Of a DNA stretch of 64,000 nt, positions 35,997 through 47,135 are shown piece by piece. The first letter of the stretch is position 1; each line of letters begins with the position of its first letter. Under the pieces are notes generated by a model, which worked only from the letters and a program-made list of their open reading frames with translations, had not been told where the DNA came from and ran no database searches. The position numbers were made by a program, and so were the translations under genes. Where the stretch lies: NCBI GenBank assembly GCA_963665115.1, contig OY762007.1, forward strand, positions 6,144,001 to 6,208,000, read 5' to 3'. The DNA is from an uncultured Rivularia sp. Lineage in GTDB: Bacteria > Cyanobacteriota > Cyanobacteriia > Cyanobacteriales > Nostocaceae.

Positions 35997-38900
35997 TATT
36001 ACGGGGGGCTATCCGGAGAATGACCCCCGCCGCAAGCGCGTACAGGCGGGGATTCACGAGCAGTTTGTCAAGCTGCTTACAGCACTAGCGGAAGAATTGC
36101 AAAAACTAGGTGGTGCGGAATTACCTTCTTCTTGGATATCGGGTTTCTACGGTTCCGGTAAGTCGAGTTTTGCTAAGCTTTTGGGCTTGGCATTGGATAA
36201 TTTGATACTGCCCGATGGTCGTGTTTTGGCGGATGTATTACTAGCACGGGATGATTCGCCTAAAAGTCAGGATTTTCACAAGGCTTGGCAGCAAGTACGC
36301 AGTTTAATTGACCCCGATGGCTGTAGTCTTTGATATTGGTGCTGTGGCAAGGGATGATGAGCATATTCACTCGGCTGTTCGGCGACAAATTCAGGTACGT
36401 TTGGGTTACTGCACTATTAGTAATTATGTAGCCGAACACGAACTGAAGTTGGAACTGGATGGGAAGTGGGATGAATTTTTGAATTGTGCGGAGCAAACTT
36501 TGGGTGAAAGTTGGGATAAAGCGAAAAATGACCAACTTGCGGAGGAAGCTTTTTCGGAAGTAATGCACGCTATGAACCCCAATCGCTACATCGAACCGAT
36601 GAGTTGGCTGGATAGTCGGGCTGGAGTTCAAACTGGGATGGGAACGTCGGTGGAGGAAACTACCAGGGCTATTATTGAGATGTTGCGAATTCGCGCTGCT
36701 GGCAAAACTTTATTTGTGGTTATCGATGAAGTCAGTCAGTACGTGCATCAAAACGATAGTCGGATGCTCAAGCTTCAGTCGTTTGTTTCCGATTTGGGAC
36801 AAAAACTCAAAGGTAAAATTTGGTTGCTTGCAACTGGTCAGCAAAAGCTGGAGGATTCCGCAGATGAAAGCAGTATTGGTAAATTAAAAGACCGCTTTCC
36901 ACCTAAATTACGGGTTCATCTTGCTCCTACCAATATTCGGGATGTCGTTCACAAGCGGTTGCTCAAGAAGACTCCTAGTAAGGAAGTTGAATTACGAAGG
37001 CTGTTTCAACAGTACCGCACCGAGCTAAAGTTATACGGTTACAAGTGCGATTCGATTACGGAAGAAGATTTTGTGGAAGTATATCCAATGCTTCCGAGCT
37101 ATGTAGATTTACTGATGCAAATTACCTCGAATCTTCGCACCCGTTCTACTCGCGTCAAGGGTGATGACCATGCGATTCGTGGGTTGTTGCAGCTTTTGGG
37201 AGAGTTGTTTCGGGAGCAAAAATTAGGGGAGCAGGAATTAGGGGCTTTAGTAACAATTAATGCGATTTACGAAGTCCAACAATCAGCTTTGGATGCAGAC
37301 GTGCAGACTACTTTAGCGCGGTTGTTTAGCCATGAAGAGGTAACTAATGATGATATGGCAATCAAGGTTGCTAAAGCCGTAGCTTTATTAGAGTTAATTC
37401 AGGAACAAGAACCCACAACTGTTACTTTAGTTAGTCAATGTCTTTATTCTCAGTTGGGAATGGGTAATCAAGAATCAAATATTTTGCAAGCTTTAGAAAA
37501 ATTGCGAAGTTTGGGATTGCTTTCCTATTCGGATAAATTGGGTTATAAAATTCAAAGTTCTGCGGGACAGGAATGGCAGCGAGACAGGGATAGTTATAGC
37601 GTAACTCAAGATGCCATTACTACAATTGTTGCGGAAAAACTCAAGGCTTTACTGGGTACTGTTGAACGTCCCCGCTACAAAAATAAGTCTTTCCCTTGGG
37701 CAGCATATTACAGCGATGGCAGGCAGCGCAACGAAGAGCGCTTGCAAGTGCCAAACGACCCGGCAGTGTTAAATATTGATTTCCGCTATCTTATCAGCCA
37801 GAGCGACCGCGATTCAACCACTTGGGTACAAACCAGCAGCGGTAATAATTACAAAAATCGTCTGATTTGGGTTGTGGGTAAAAATGGTTCCCTAGTAGCA
37901 CAAGTCCGGGATTTGGAACGCTCTCGCCATATAATCAAGAAATACGATGCCCGCAAGCAATCATTAAATCCAGATAAACAGCGTTTGCTATTTGAAGAAC
38001 AAAGTCGCTGTGACAAGTTAGAAATAGAAGTGCAAGCAGCTATTTCCCAAGCGTTTATGGATGGTGAAATTTTCTTCCGGGGACGAACAATTGATAAGCA
38101 GCAGCACGGTACTAGTTTTGCAAGTGTTTTAGAGCGGGTGGGAGAAAGCATATTACCGGAAATATACAGTAATTATGTTGATGTAGCGGTAACTAATAGT
38201 GAATTAGTACAGCTTTTAGAACCAAATTTATCCGGACCATCCCATAAGTTTATGGGTAAAGTTCTGGGGATTTTAGAGCTAGATTCTGGTAAATATATTC
38301 CCACCTGTAGCGGTGAAGTTCCCAGTCGTATTTCTAGATACATTGGAGATTTGAATGGTGTTTCCGGTAGTCAGTTGTTAAATTACTTTGGTGCAGCGCC
38401 TTACGGGCATCCCGCTGATGTAGTTAAAGCTTGTTTGCTGGGATTATTACGGGGTTCAAAGTTGCGAATTAGACCCGATTCAGGAGATGAAATTACCTCT
38501 GTACGCGACCCAGGTACAAAAGATTTATTTACCAAAGACCGAGATTTAAAACGTGCCGATTTATTACCACCACAACAAGCGAATATATCTCCAAAGGATA
38601 GGGTAAAAATCTGTAAATTCTTTCAAGATGCGTTGAATATAGACCTTGACCGCGAAAACGATGCGATCGCAGATGCTGTATTTAATAATTTTCCTTCTGT
38701 ATCTAAGCGTTTGCAGTCCATAGAACGACGCTACAATCTCTTACCCAACCGTCCGGAGTTACCGGAGGTATTACAAAAACTGCGGGATGCATTAGAAAAA
38801 TCCATGCGATCGCGTCAAATTGAAGAAACGGTAATTAGTGTTAAAAAATATCTCGATGCTTTAAGGGATGGGATTCAGCAGCTTGGGATTATTGAAACCG

Positions 38901-39523
38901 ATTTGAACGATACCGCAGTTGCAGCAGTCAAACGGGCTATAGAGATTCGGGAGCATCAAGTAGCCCAACTTGAAGAAATTGAGGATGTTAAAGAAGTTGC
39001 AGTAGCTATAGAAGCTTTAGACGCACAACTTGAGCTAGAACGTCCTTGGCGGGATATTAGTAGTTTGGAACCTTATTTACAAGCAATTGAAAAATATTAT
39101 CAAGCAGTCAGATTGAAATTAATTGCACGTCAAGAACAACAAACTGAAGAAATTCGAGCCAGATTAAAACAACGTCCCGGCTATATTAAGCTTAGTGAGA
39201 AAAAAGCCGAATACGTATTGCGTCCAATTCAACAAGCATCCCCCGATACAACTGTTGATGCGATTTATCCCAGTTTACTCAAATTAAAGGACACCGCAGC
39301 CATTAATATTAAATCGGCAGAAGTAAAAGCAAATAGTATGCTTGATGATGTTTTATCGGAGGAAACCCAAGAAGAAATTATTCAATTACCGTTAAATTTG
39401 AGCGGTAGGGAAATAAGTACCCCGGAAGATGTGGAAGAGTTGGTTAATCAAATTAAACAAAGGCTTTTGAAACAGTTAAAAGCGAATACTCGGATTAGGA
39501 TAATTTCAGATGATTTAAATTGA
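35997..39523 (+). pseudogene. brxC: BREX ATPase BrxC, C-terminal portion (N-terminus at 50300-50411)
   Basis: ITGGYPEND... directly after the IS; WISGFYGSGKS Walker A, VIDEVSQY Walker B; extra +1 C at 36312-36315. Confidence 0.9.
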
Positions 39524-39533
39524 AATTATTAGC

Positions 39534-39808
39534 AGGGAGTAGGGAATAGTTAGGAGTTAGGAGTTAGGAGTTAGGAATTAGGGAATAGGGGATAGTAGGT
39601 TGGGTTTCACTTTGTTCAACCCAACGATATGCTGGGTTATGCCCTTCCTTCGGGCACGCTGCGCTAACGTTCCTCAACCCAGCCTACAATTTTTCTGTAT
39701 CATCAAACCCTACTTCTAGGAATGAAATAGCTTTACCATTAGAATATTTTTTACCAGTCCTCTTCCAGAGGACTTACGCTATTAGGCTGGGACTTACAGT
39801 CCCAGACG
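39534..39808. repeat. STRR heptamers (TTAGGAG)n plus REP-like palindromes and a mini-hairpin element
   Basis: TTAGGAG tandem; GTAGGTTGGGTT..AACCCAAC; AGTCCTCT..AGAGGACT; CTGGGACT..AGTCCCAG. Confidence 0.85.
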
Positions 39809-39835
39809 AATTTAAACGCAGTCGAGACTTCCCTT

Positions 39836-40618
39836 ATGCCCTACCTTACCCCAGAAGCCAAATCTAAGCTATCAAGTACCATCCGCACGTTAAGGGAACG
39901 GTTACTGACGGATTTACACAATGCGGTAGATAGTGCTTATCAATTATCTATACCTTTACATAAAGCTGGATTATCGGAAGAAATGCGGGTAAAGCGACAG
40001 CGATTGGAAAACTGGCTGGAGGAACAATCCCGTAGCGAAAGACAGGGGAAAGAGAAGGATAAACAAGCAAGGGAACGCTATTTACGGACGGCTGAAAAGT
40101 TAGCTGCGGCAACTTTATTAAACCGTTTGGTGGTAATTAAACAAATGGAAGCCCATGAGTTAATTAAACCTGCGGTGGTAACTGGAGGTTGGCAAAGTCG
40201 GGGATATCGGGAATTTCGGGATTTTGCACCGGAGTTACTCAAGGACGAAAGTGAAGGCTATTCTATTCTTTTGCAGTTATTGTACGATGAGTTAGCCTTG
40301 GATTTACCGGGGTTATTTGGCAATGTGGGGGTGACGGTGTTAAAAGACCCTTCTCTAGCGGTTGCTCACGGCTGTTTCTGGAAATATCACCCTCAAAAAG
40401 CTTACGAATGGGAACTGCGGTTACAAGATGAAATAGCACCAGATTTTAAAATTAATGAAATTGATTCCGATAAATTGCGCGAACAATTTGAATTAGAGAA
40501 TCCCGAATTAGTTTTGGAGTTGAAAGAGAAGGAAGATAAAAGACGAGAAAGGAAGCGAAAAAAAGAAGAGTCAGATAATGATTTTAGTCTTGATATTAAA
40601 TTAGAAGAATCAGATTAA
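39836..40618 (+). pseudogene. pglX: BREX-6 PglX methyltransferase with a large in-frame internal deletion
   Basis: PglX-like N-terminus (LSSTIRTLRERLL, AATLLNRL, DLPGLFG) fused to a C-terminus (DPSLAVAHGCFWKYHP.KAYEWELRLQ); only 260 aa, no NPPY; position between brxC and pglZ. Confidence 0.8.
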
Positions 40619-40692
40619 AATGTAGATAATCTTTGTTTCCCTTCTCTTCGATTTGCTAGTTATTAAATTTACATTAATAAGCAATAATAATT

Positions 40693-41985
40693 ATGCGTAT
40701 TGAAAAGTTACACATCCAAAACTTTCGAGGATTTGAAGACATAACGCTCAATTTCCCTAAATCTAAAGTAGCGGTTTTTATCGGTATAAATGGTGCGGGT
40801 AAATCATCAATTTTAGATTGTATCGCGATGATGTTAGCTCAATTTGTCGCTGAGCTTCGCAATAAAACAGCAGATATTGAACCATCAGAAAATGATATTA
40901 AGATTAATTCTCAATCTACCGTCAATACTATAACTCTTTTAATAGAAGAAAATGAAAGAATCTCCTGGGAAATGATTGAAGAAGGTTTTTATAATCAAAA
41001 TTGTAGTAACCACGATGAAATTGAAAATTATATTCAACGTCTCCAAGAAAATTTAGAATCTCAACCGGATTTAAATTTACCCGTGATGGTTTACTATCAA
41101 ACTCATCGCATGGTTTTAAAAAATCCCTATACTTTCAGCCTCAGAAAAAATAAACAAGACGAATATTATCAATTTCAGGCTTACAACAAAGCATTCTCTA
41201 GCGCAATTAATAATTTTCAAGATTTTTTTGATTGGTTTAAAGAAGAAGAAGATTATGAAAATGAAATTCGATTAAGAGAAAATCCTGACTATAGAAATCC
41301 CAGATTAGAAATTATCAGAAGAGCTATCACTAATTTTTTTAATAATCTTTATCGCAATAATTTCTCTAACCTCAGAGTAGTTAGGTCAATATCAGAAAGG
41401 TTTATGAGAAACTCTGGTAAACCTTCATTGACAATCACTAAAAATAATCAAGATTTCAAAATCGAGCAACTATCTGACGGTGAGAAAATGTTATTAATGC
41501 TAGTCACCGATTTAGCGAGAAGATTAGCAATTGCAAATCCTAACTCAAATGATGCATTACTCAACGGTGAAGGAATAGTTTTAATTGACGAAATTGACCT
41601 GCATTTACATCCTCAATGGCAAAGAAGTGTGATTCCGAGTTTGACGCAAACCTTTCCCAACTGTCAATTTATCGTCACCACTCACTCACCACAAGTATTA
41701 AGCGAAGTTGAAAGAGAAAATGTATTTATTATAGAAAATTATCAAATAGTTGAGAATACACCTCATACTTATGGGAAAGATAGTAATTCTATTTTATATG
41801 AATTAATGGATGTAAAAAAAAGACCGGAAACGGTACAAAACCAAATAAATAATTGCTTAAAACTAATAAATGACGGTCATATAGAAACAGCCAAATCGGC
41901 TTTAAATGAATTATCTAATTTGTTAGGAGAAAATGATTCGGAAGTGGTTAGAGCAAATGCACTTATTGGTTTCTTAGGAGAATAA
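40693..41985 (+). CDS. ABC/AAA_21 ATPase, PtuA-like
   Basis: NFRGF, GINGAGKS, QLSDGEK, DLARRL..ANP, LIDEIDLHLHP.WQR, TTHSP. Confidence 0.85.
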   Translation: MRIEKLHIQNFRGFEDITLNFPKSKVAVFIGINGAGKSSILDCIAMMLAQFVAELRNKTADIEPSENDIKINSQSTVNTITLLIEENERISWEMIEEGFYNQNCSNHDEIENYIQRLQENLESQPDLNLPVMVYYQTHRMVLKNPYTFSLRKNKQDEYYQFQAYNKAFSSAINNFQDFFDWFKEEEDYENEIRLRENPDYRNPRLEIIRRAITNFFNNLYRNNFSNLRVVRSISERFMRNSGKPSLTITKNNQDFKIEQLSDGEKMLLMLVTDLARRLAIANPNSNDALLNGEGIVLIDEIDLHLHPQWQRSVIPSLTQTFPNCQFIVTTHSPQVLSEVERENVFIIENYQIVENTPHTYGKDSNSILYELMDVKKRPETVQNQINNCLKLINDGHIETAKSALNELSNLLGENDSEVVRANALIGFLGE

Positions 41986-42002
41986 TCGGCTGAAGTAATC
42001 AG

Positions 42003-42644
42003 ATGAAGCAAATTATCAAAAATCAAGAGCCAAAATCATTACTGGAACATCGCTTACAACCGTTTGCAGATTATGATAATTATCCTCAAAAGGAAGAATT
42101 AAGAGATTCGCTATTAACTGAACAAGGTCATATTTGTTGCTACTGTATGCAACGAATTAAGAAAGATGAAATGAAAATCGAACATTGGCGTTCTCAAGAC
42201 GAATATCCAAATTTACAATTAGATTATAATAACTTACTTGGTGCTTGTGAAGGTGGTCAAGGTTTCCCAAAACATTTACAACATTGCGACACCAAAAAAG
42301 GAAATGAAAAACTAACTATAAATCCTATTGATAATCTAAAAAATTGCGAAAATTTAATTAAATATCTCCCCAATGGAATAATCTACTCAGACGATACAGC
42401 TATAAATAATGAATTAAATCAAGTATTAAATTTGAATATACAAACTTTAGTAAATAATCGTAAAGTAATCCTAGACATTCTTATTAAACAATTAAAAAGC
42501 GAGCAACCAAAGGGAGATTGGACAGCAGCGATGTTAAATAAGAAAATTAAAGAATGGAGCGATCAACAAGAAGATGGGAAATATCAACCATTATGTCAAA
42601 TAGCTATTTACTACCTAAAAAAGAAATTATCAAAGCTTAAATAA
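42003..42644 (+). CDS. HNH endonuclease, TIGR02646/PtuB-like
   Basis: LLTEQGHICCYCMQRI, IEHW, DYNNLLGAC, HCDTKKG, LNLN. Confidence 0.85.
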   Translation: MKQIIKNQEPKSLLEHRLQPFADYDNYPQKEELRDSLLTEQGHICCYCMQRIKKDEMKIEHWRSQDEYPNLQLDYNNLLGACEGGQGFPKHLQHCDTKKGNEKLTINPIDNLKNCENLIKYLPNGIIYSDDTAINNELNQVLNLNIQTLVNNRKVILDILIKQLKSEQPKGDWTAAMLNKKIKEWSDQQEDGKYQPLCQIAIYYLKKKLSKLK

Positions 42645-42682
42645 GGGTTTAAAATAAGCAAGGCTAACCAAACAAACAGTAT

Positions 42683-45571
42683 ATGAGCGAATTAGGGATA
42701 ATCACCAGCGTTTTAGAAGTAGAGGTAAAAAAAGAACTGCGTCAACACGGTATTGTTATCTGGTTGGATAAAGACGCTTATTATAGTGCATACGTGGATA
42801 CACTTATTGAACGTTATGCTAAAGGTGATTTTTTCGCTCCAGTAATTGCCTTTCGCGGTAGCTATCTAGAAATGCTACTTGCCCTAGAACTTTACTGCAA
42901 CGGGCTTGACAAGGAAAGACTGTTGATACATATGCCCGGTCACACAGAAGAAACAATTCGTAAAACCCCAATACTAGAAATTTATCACGCCGGATACCGT
43001 TTTCGTAAAGCTCTCGATACACTCATCCGCGAAGCTGCAACTGGAAAAATTAACCCCGATAATATTGAAAATTATCTCTCTCAAGGTGTTACCGAGCTAG
43101 CAACAGCCGAAACTTGGTTGCAAAAGAATCTATCCCAACCCCAAGACGGACATTTGGTAGGTTATTTACAGAATGTGGGTTTGGAGTCGCTTTTGGATGG
43201 GTTAGTAGATTCAGATGGAATAATTGACGAAGAAAAAAAATTATCTGCCAAAATTAATACAGCAGATGACCTAGATATCCTCGCAGAACATCTTTATCGT
43301 TATACGGGAATGAATCGGGAATTTTTAGATTTTTATTTAAACAAAGAAACCACTACTTTTATCAGTTTAGGTGAAGCCTTTGCCGCTTGGTTAATGTGTG
43401 TAGAATACGTCCATGATTTAACCCGTTCGCCACATCTTGATATACTAAAACCTTTAATTAAAATATCAACACCTTTGCAAAAAACTTGCGAAAAATTAAT
43501 TAATTATCTGCGACAAAGACATCCAGAAATCTACGCAGCTAAAGCATTAATTACCGAAACTCACATTGAAAAAGAATTTTTACATATCAGTCCCGAAGAC
43601 TTAGGACAAATTGATACATTCCAACGGGAAGAAACAGCAGTTTTAGACGCTGCGCTCCAAGCATTGTTAACAAACCAATTCGACAAAGCCCTACAATGGT
43701 CAAAATCCCGCATTGAATCAAATTCATTTTGGTTGGGTAGAGATAGAAATCGCCGTCAGGAATGGTCGTTAATTCAAGATGCAGCAACGTTCGGTAGTAA
43801 AATTCAAACCAGCGATACTATCAAAAATCTCCACAGTCTCCGCGAAGCTTTAGAATACTATACCCAATCCGGTTATCAAGTAGATAAAGCCCATCGTCAC
43901 TTTGAGCAACAAAGATTTAAACTCCTCGAATCCACCCTACCTCACTTTGCTCAACTTCTCGAAGTTGCAGATTTACTTCGTCAACAATACCGAACTTGGG
44001 CTGATAACCTAGCTGAAGATTTTACCAAAATTTGTACTACGGAAGGGTTTTTACCAGAAGAGAACCTCCAACAGCGCACTCTCTACGAACAAGTAGTTCA
44101 TCCCCTTACCCAAACCGATAAAAAAGTAGCTTACTTTATTATCGATGCCTTTCGCTACGAAATGGCAACCGAACTTCTCCAGGAACTCGAAAATACCAGT
44201 CCAACAGTTACATTAAAAGCCAGATATGCCGAACTACCAACCATTACATCCGTGGGAATGAATGCGATCGCGCCGGTAAATCAAGGTGGTAAGCTAATAC
44301 TAGCAGGCAAAGACGGTTTTAAAGGCTTTAAAACAGGAGAATACAGCGTCCGCACTCCTCAAGAAAGAGTCCGAGCAATGAGCGATAGAAGTACCGATAA
44401 TATTAGCAAAGGACGTAGAAGTACGCGCTCGTTAAAGCTTACTGATGTTTGCAATTATTCCACCACTAAATTAAAACAAAGCTGCGCCAATGCCAATTTG
44501 ATTGTCGTTCACAGTAAAGAAATTGACGATGCAGGAGAAGCCAATATCGGTTTAGCAACCTTTGAAACTTGGTTAACTCAAATCAAAGCCGCTTGGAACC
44601 ACTTAAAACAAATTGGTATAAATGAATTTATTTTTACAGCCGACCACGGTTTTCTTTTGCAAGACCAAACAACCCTAGAAAAACCTTATGGTACTAAACG
44701 CGACCCAAATCGGAGATACGTTTTAACTACAGAATCTCGGACAGAAGCAGGAATGACGGCAGTTTCCTTAAAATCATTAAAATATGAGGGTCAAGAAGGT
44801 TATTTACTACTGCGTAAAGATACAGCTGTATTTGCTACGGGTAATCCAGGGGCAACATTTGTACATGGTGGTAATAGTTTACAAGAACGGATTATCCCCG
44901 TATTAGCTATATCTCAGCGTCAAAATACGCACCTGACCCTTGTTAAATATTTAATCGAGACACAGCCAGAACGGGAAATGCTCGGTTACAGTCGTCTGAA
45001 GGTACGTGTCAAACCCGCTCCATTAGCCCAAGGTGTTTTGAGTTTTGCGGGAGCCAGAACAATTAATTTAGCCCTGCGGGTACCGGAACGAACCGACGTA
45101 CAAATTACCATTAAAGATGCTCCCGGCGCAGAAATTAACAATCAACAAATTCAAATTCCCGTAGAATCGGATTGGATTGAAATATTGTTTGACCTCAAAG
45201 GAAAACAAGATGAACGGGTTCGTGTAGAGGTTTTTCATCCAGATGGTATTGAAGACGTAGAAGCTACAATTCCCCAACAGTATTTTAATGTATCCGGAGC
45301 ATTATTAAAAACCGAACCAAATGAAACCCCCATTCAAGAATCAACAACCACCGATTGGCAAGATAGTTTTACAGATGAAGGTATTAAACGAGTATTCCTC
45401 CACCTGCAACAACATGATTCGATTACCGAAATCGAACTAACTCAAATACTCGGTAATGCCAGAAAAGTCCGACGTTTTTCTCTAGAATTTGAAGAATACT
45501 TGAAGAAAGTCCCCTTCTCAGTCAGGATTGAAACGACTAGCAACGGCAAACGGTATGTTAAGCAGAAGTGA
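42683..45571 (+). CDS. pglZ: BREX PglZ (alkaline-phosphatase-fold)
   Basis: IIDAFRYE, ELPTITSVGM, IDDAGE, TADHGF, FVHGGNSLQER. Confidence 0.93.
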   Translation: MSELGIITSVLEVEVKKELRQHGIVIWLDKDAYYSAYVDTLIERYAKGDFFAPVIAFRGSYLEMLLALELYCNGLDKERLLIHMPGHTEETIRKTPILEIYHAGYRFRKALDTLIREAATGKINPDNIENYLSQGVTELATAETWLQKNLSQPQDGHLVGYLQNVGLESLLDGLVDSDGIIDEEKKLSAKINTADDLDILAEHLYRYTGMNREFLDFYLNKETTTFISLGEAFAAWLMCVEYVHDLTRSPHLDILKPLIKISTPLQKTCEKLINYLRQRHPEIYAAKALITETHIEKEFLHISPEDLGQIDTFQREETAVLDAALQALLTNQFDKALQWSKSRIESNSFWLGRDRNRRQEWSLIQDAATFGSKIQTSDTIKNLHSLREALEYYTQSGYQVDKAHRHFEQQRFKLLESTLPHFAQLLEVADLLRQQYRTWADNLAEDFTKICTTEGFLPEENLQQRTLYEQVVHPLTQTDKKVAYFIIDAFRYEMATELLQELENTSPTVTLKARYAELPTITSVGMNAIAPVNQGGKLILAGKDGFKGFKTGEYSVRTPQERVRAMSDRSTDNISKGRRSTRSLKLTDVCNYSTTKLKQSCANANLIVVHSKEIDDAGEANIGLATFETWLTQIKAAWNHLKQIGINEFIFTADHGFLLQDQTTLEKPYGTKRDPNRRYVLTTESRTEAGMTAVSLKSLKYEGQEGYLLLRKDTAVFATGNPGATFVHGGNSLQERIIPVLAISQRQNTHLTLVKYLIETQPEREMLGYSRLKVRVKPAPLAQGVLSFAGARTINLALRVPERTDVQITIKDAPGAEINNQQIQIPVESDWIEILFDLKGKQDERVRVEVFHPDGIEDVEATIPQQYFNVSGALLKTEPNETPIQESTTTDWQDSFTDEGIKRVFLHLQQHDSITEIELTQILGNARKVRRFSLEFEEYLKKVPFSVRIETTSNGKRYVKQK

Positions 45572-45572
45572 C

Positions 45573-45660
45573 GGTGAGGAGTTGAGAGTTAGGAGTTAGG
45601 AGTTAGGAGTGTAGAGACGTAGCACTGCTACGTCTGTGATTGAGTTAGGAGTTAGGAATG
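45573..45660. repeat. STRR (GAGTTAG)n with a REP-like palindrome
   Basis: Tandem heptamers interrupted by AGACGTAGCA-C-TGCTACGTCT. Confidence 0.85.
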
Positions 45661-45750
45661 AAGTAACAATAAACTAGTAATAAACAATAATTTAAAAACC
45701 AGAATATAAAATCAAAAACAAAAGCATCCGTTGTTAAAATCTAAAATTGT

Positions 45751-47061
45751 ATGTCTATAAAAGATATTGAAAATATTTTTGAGCGTTTGCGTTCTGGGGT
45801 TGTTCCCGAACGAGGATTAGATACATTCGCAGTGGGAATAGATAAGCAGCGAACAGAAATTAATCGTCAACTCCAACTAGCAGCAGATGGTGAAGGTGTA
45901 TTTAAATTTTTACGCGGTGGTTATGGCTGTGGTAAAACATTTATGTCCCGTTTGGCAATTCTCGATGCTCAAGCACAAGGTTTTGCTACTAGTTTTGTGG
46001 TAGTTTCTGATAACGATTTACACTTCTATAAATTCGACGATGTTTATCGTAAAGTTGTCCAAGAATTGGGTACAAATTCCTGTCCTAGAGGTGCGTTAAG
46101 CGATATTATTGACCGTTGGATAGCCCGTGTCGAAGATGCTTTAATAGCTGGTGGTGCAGACGAAAATAGCGAAGAATTTGATAATTTAGTTCAACAGCGC
46201 ATAGAAGAAGAACTTGCTTCCCTCACTGGAGGAAAAGCACCAGAAGACATGACACGAGTTCTCAGAACCATATTTACCCTCAAACAAAAAGGAGAAATCG
46301 CCGAAGCTAGCGCTTTATTATCTTGGCTTTCCGGTAGCGAAAATGTTGCAGCTGGCGCGAAAAAAGCCGCAGGTGTCAAAGGAGACATTGCTAGTAGGGA
46401 AGCCTTAGACTACTTACATGGCATCCTCGAAATTGTCAAAGCCGCTGGTTACAAAGGATTAGTAATTGTTATAGACGAAGTAGAAACCATTTTACGAATG
46501 CGTCACGATAGCCGTGGTAAATCCTTAAATGGTATTCGTCAGATTTGCGACGCTGCCGACCGCTATAAAGGTTTACTATGGATTTTTACGGGAACCCCGG
46601 AATTTTATGATACCAAACGTGGTGTAGCAGGCTTAGAACCGTTGAGCGATCGCATTCAATTTTTAAATCCTGGTGGTTTTGCAAGTCCCCGTCAACCGCA
46701 ATTAGAATTAAAACCCTTCGATGCTCGGAGATTAAAAGAAGTTGCTCTAAAGTTACGGGAAAAATACCCCACTATAAATAAAACAGCTTTAACTACCAAA
46801 GTAACGTCATACTTTATTGAGAAATTAGTTGATAAAGTAACCACAGGTTTCAAAGGAGATGTAGGAGTAGTTCCCCGACAATTTCTACGTCAGTTTGTCA
46901 ACGTGCTTGACCTAGCATCCGAAAATGACGAATATGACCCCATGAGTGCTGAAGGTTTTGAACCTAGCGAATTAAACGAAGACGAACAGCGAATTAGTCA
47001 AGGTCTTCCCTACTTCGATCCAGAACCAGAAGATGTTCAAAATTATGCTGTAGAATTCTAA
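45751..47061 (+). CDS. brxD: BREX ATP-binding protein BrxD
   Basis: LRSGVVPERGL, RGGYGCGKT, VIDEVE, FTGTP. Confidence 0.92.
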   Translation: MSIKDIENIFERLRSGVVPERGLDTFAVGIDKQRTEINRQLQLAADGEGVFKFLRGGYGCGKTFMSRLAILDAQAQGFATSFVVVSDNDLHFYKFDDVYRKVVQELGTNSCPRGALSDIIDRWIARVEDALIAGGADENSEEFDNLVQQRIEEELASLTGGKAPEDMTRVLRTIFTLKQKGEIAEASALLSWLSGSENVAAGAKKAAGVKGDIASREALDYLHGILEIVKAAGYKGLVIVIDEVETILRMRHDSRGKSLNGIRQICDAADRYKGLLWIFTGTPEFYDTKRGVAGLEPLSDRIQFLNPGGFASPRQPQLELKPFDARRLKEVALKLREKYPTINKTALTTKVTSYFIEKLVDKVTTGFKGDVGVVPRQFLRQFVNVLDLASENDEYDPMSAEGFEPSELNEDEQRISQGLPYFDPEPEDVQNYAVEF

Positions 47062-47135
47062 TCCAAAATCCCGGACATTTGCTACAACGGAGGAGACCCT
47101 CCGCAACGCAATGTCCTCAAAATCTAAAATCTAAA

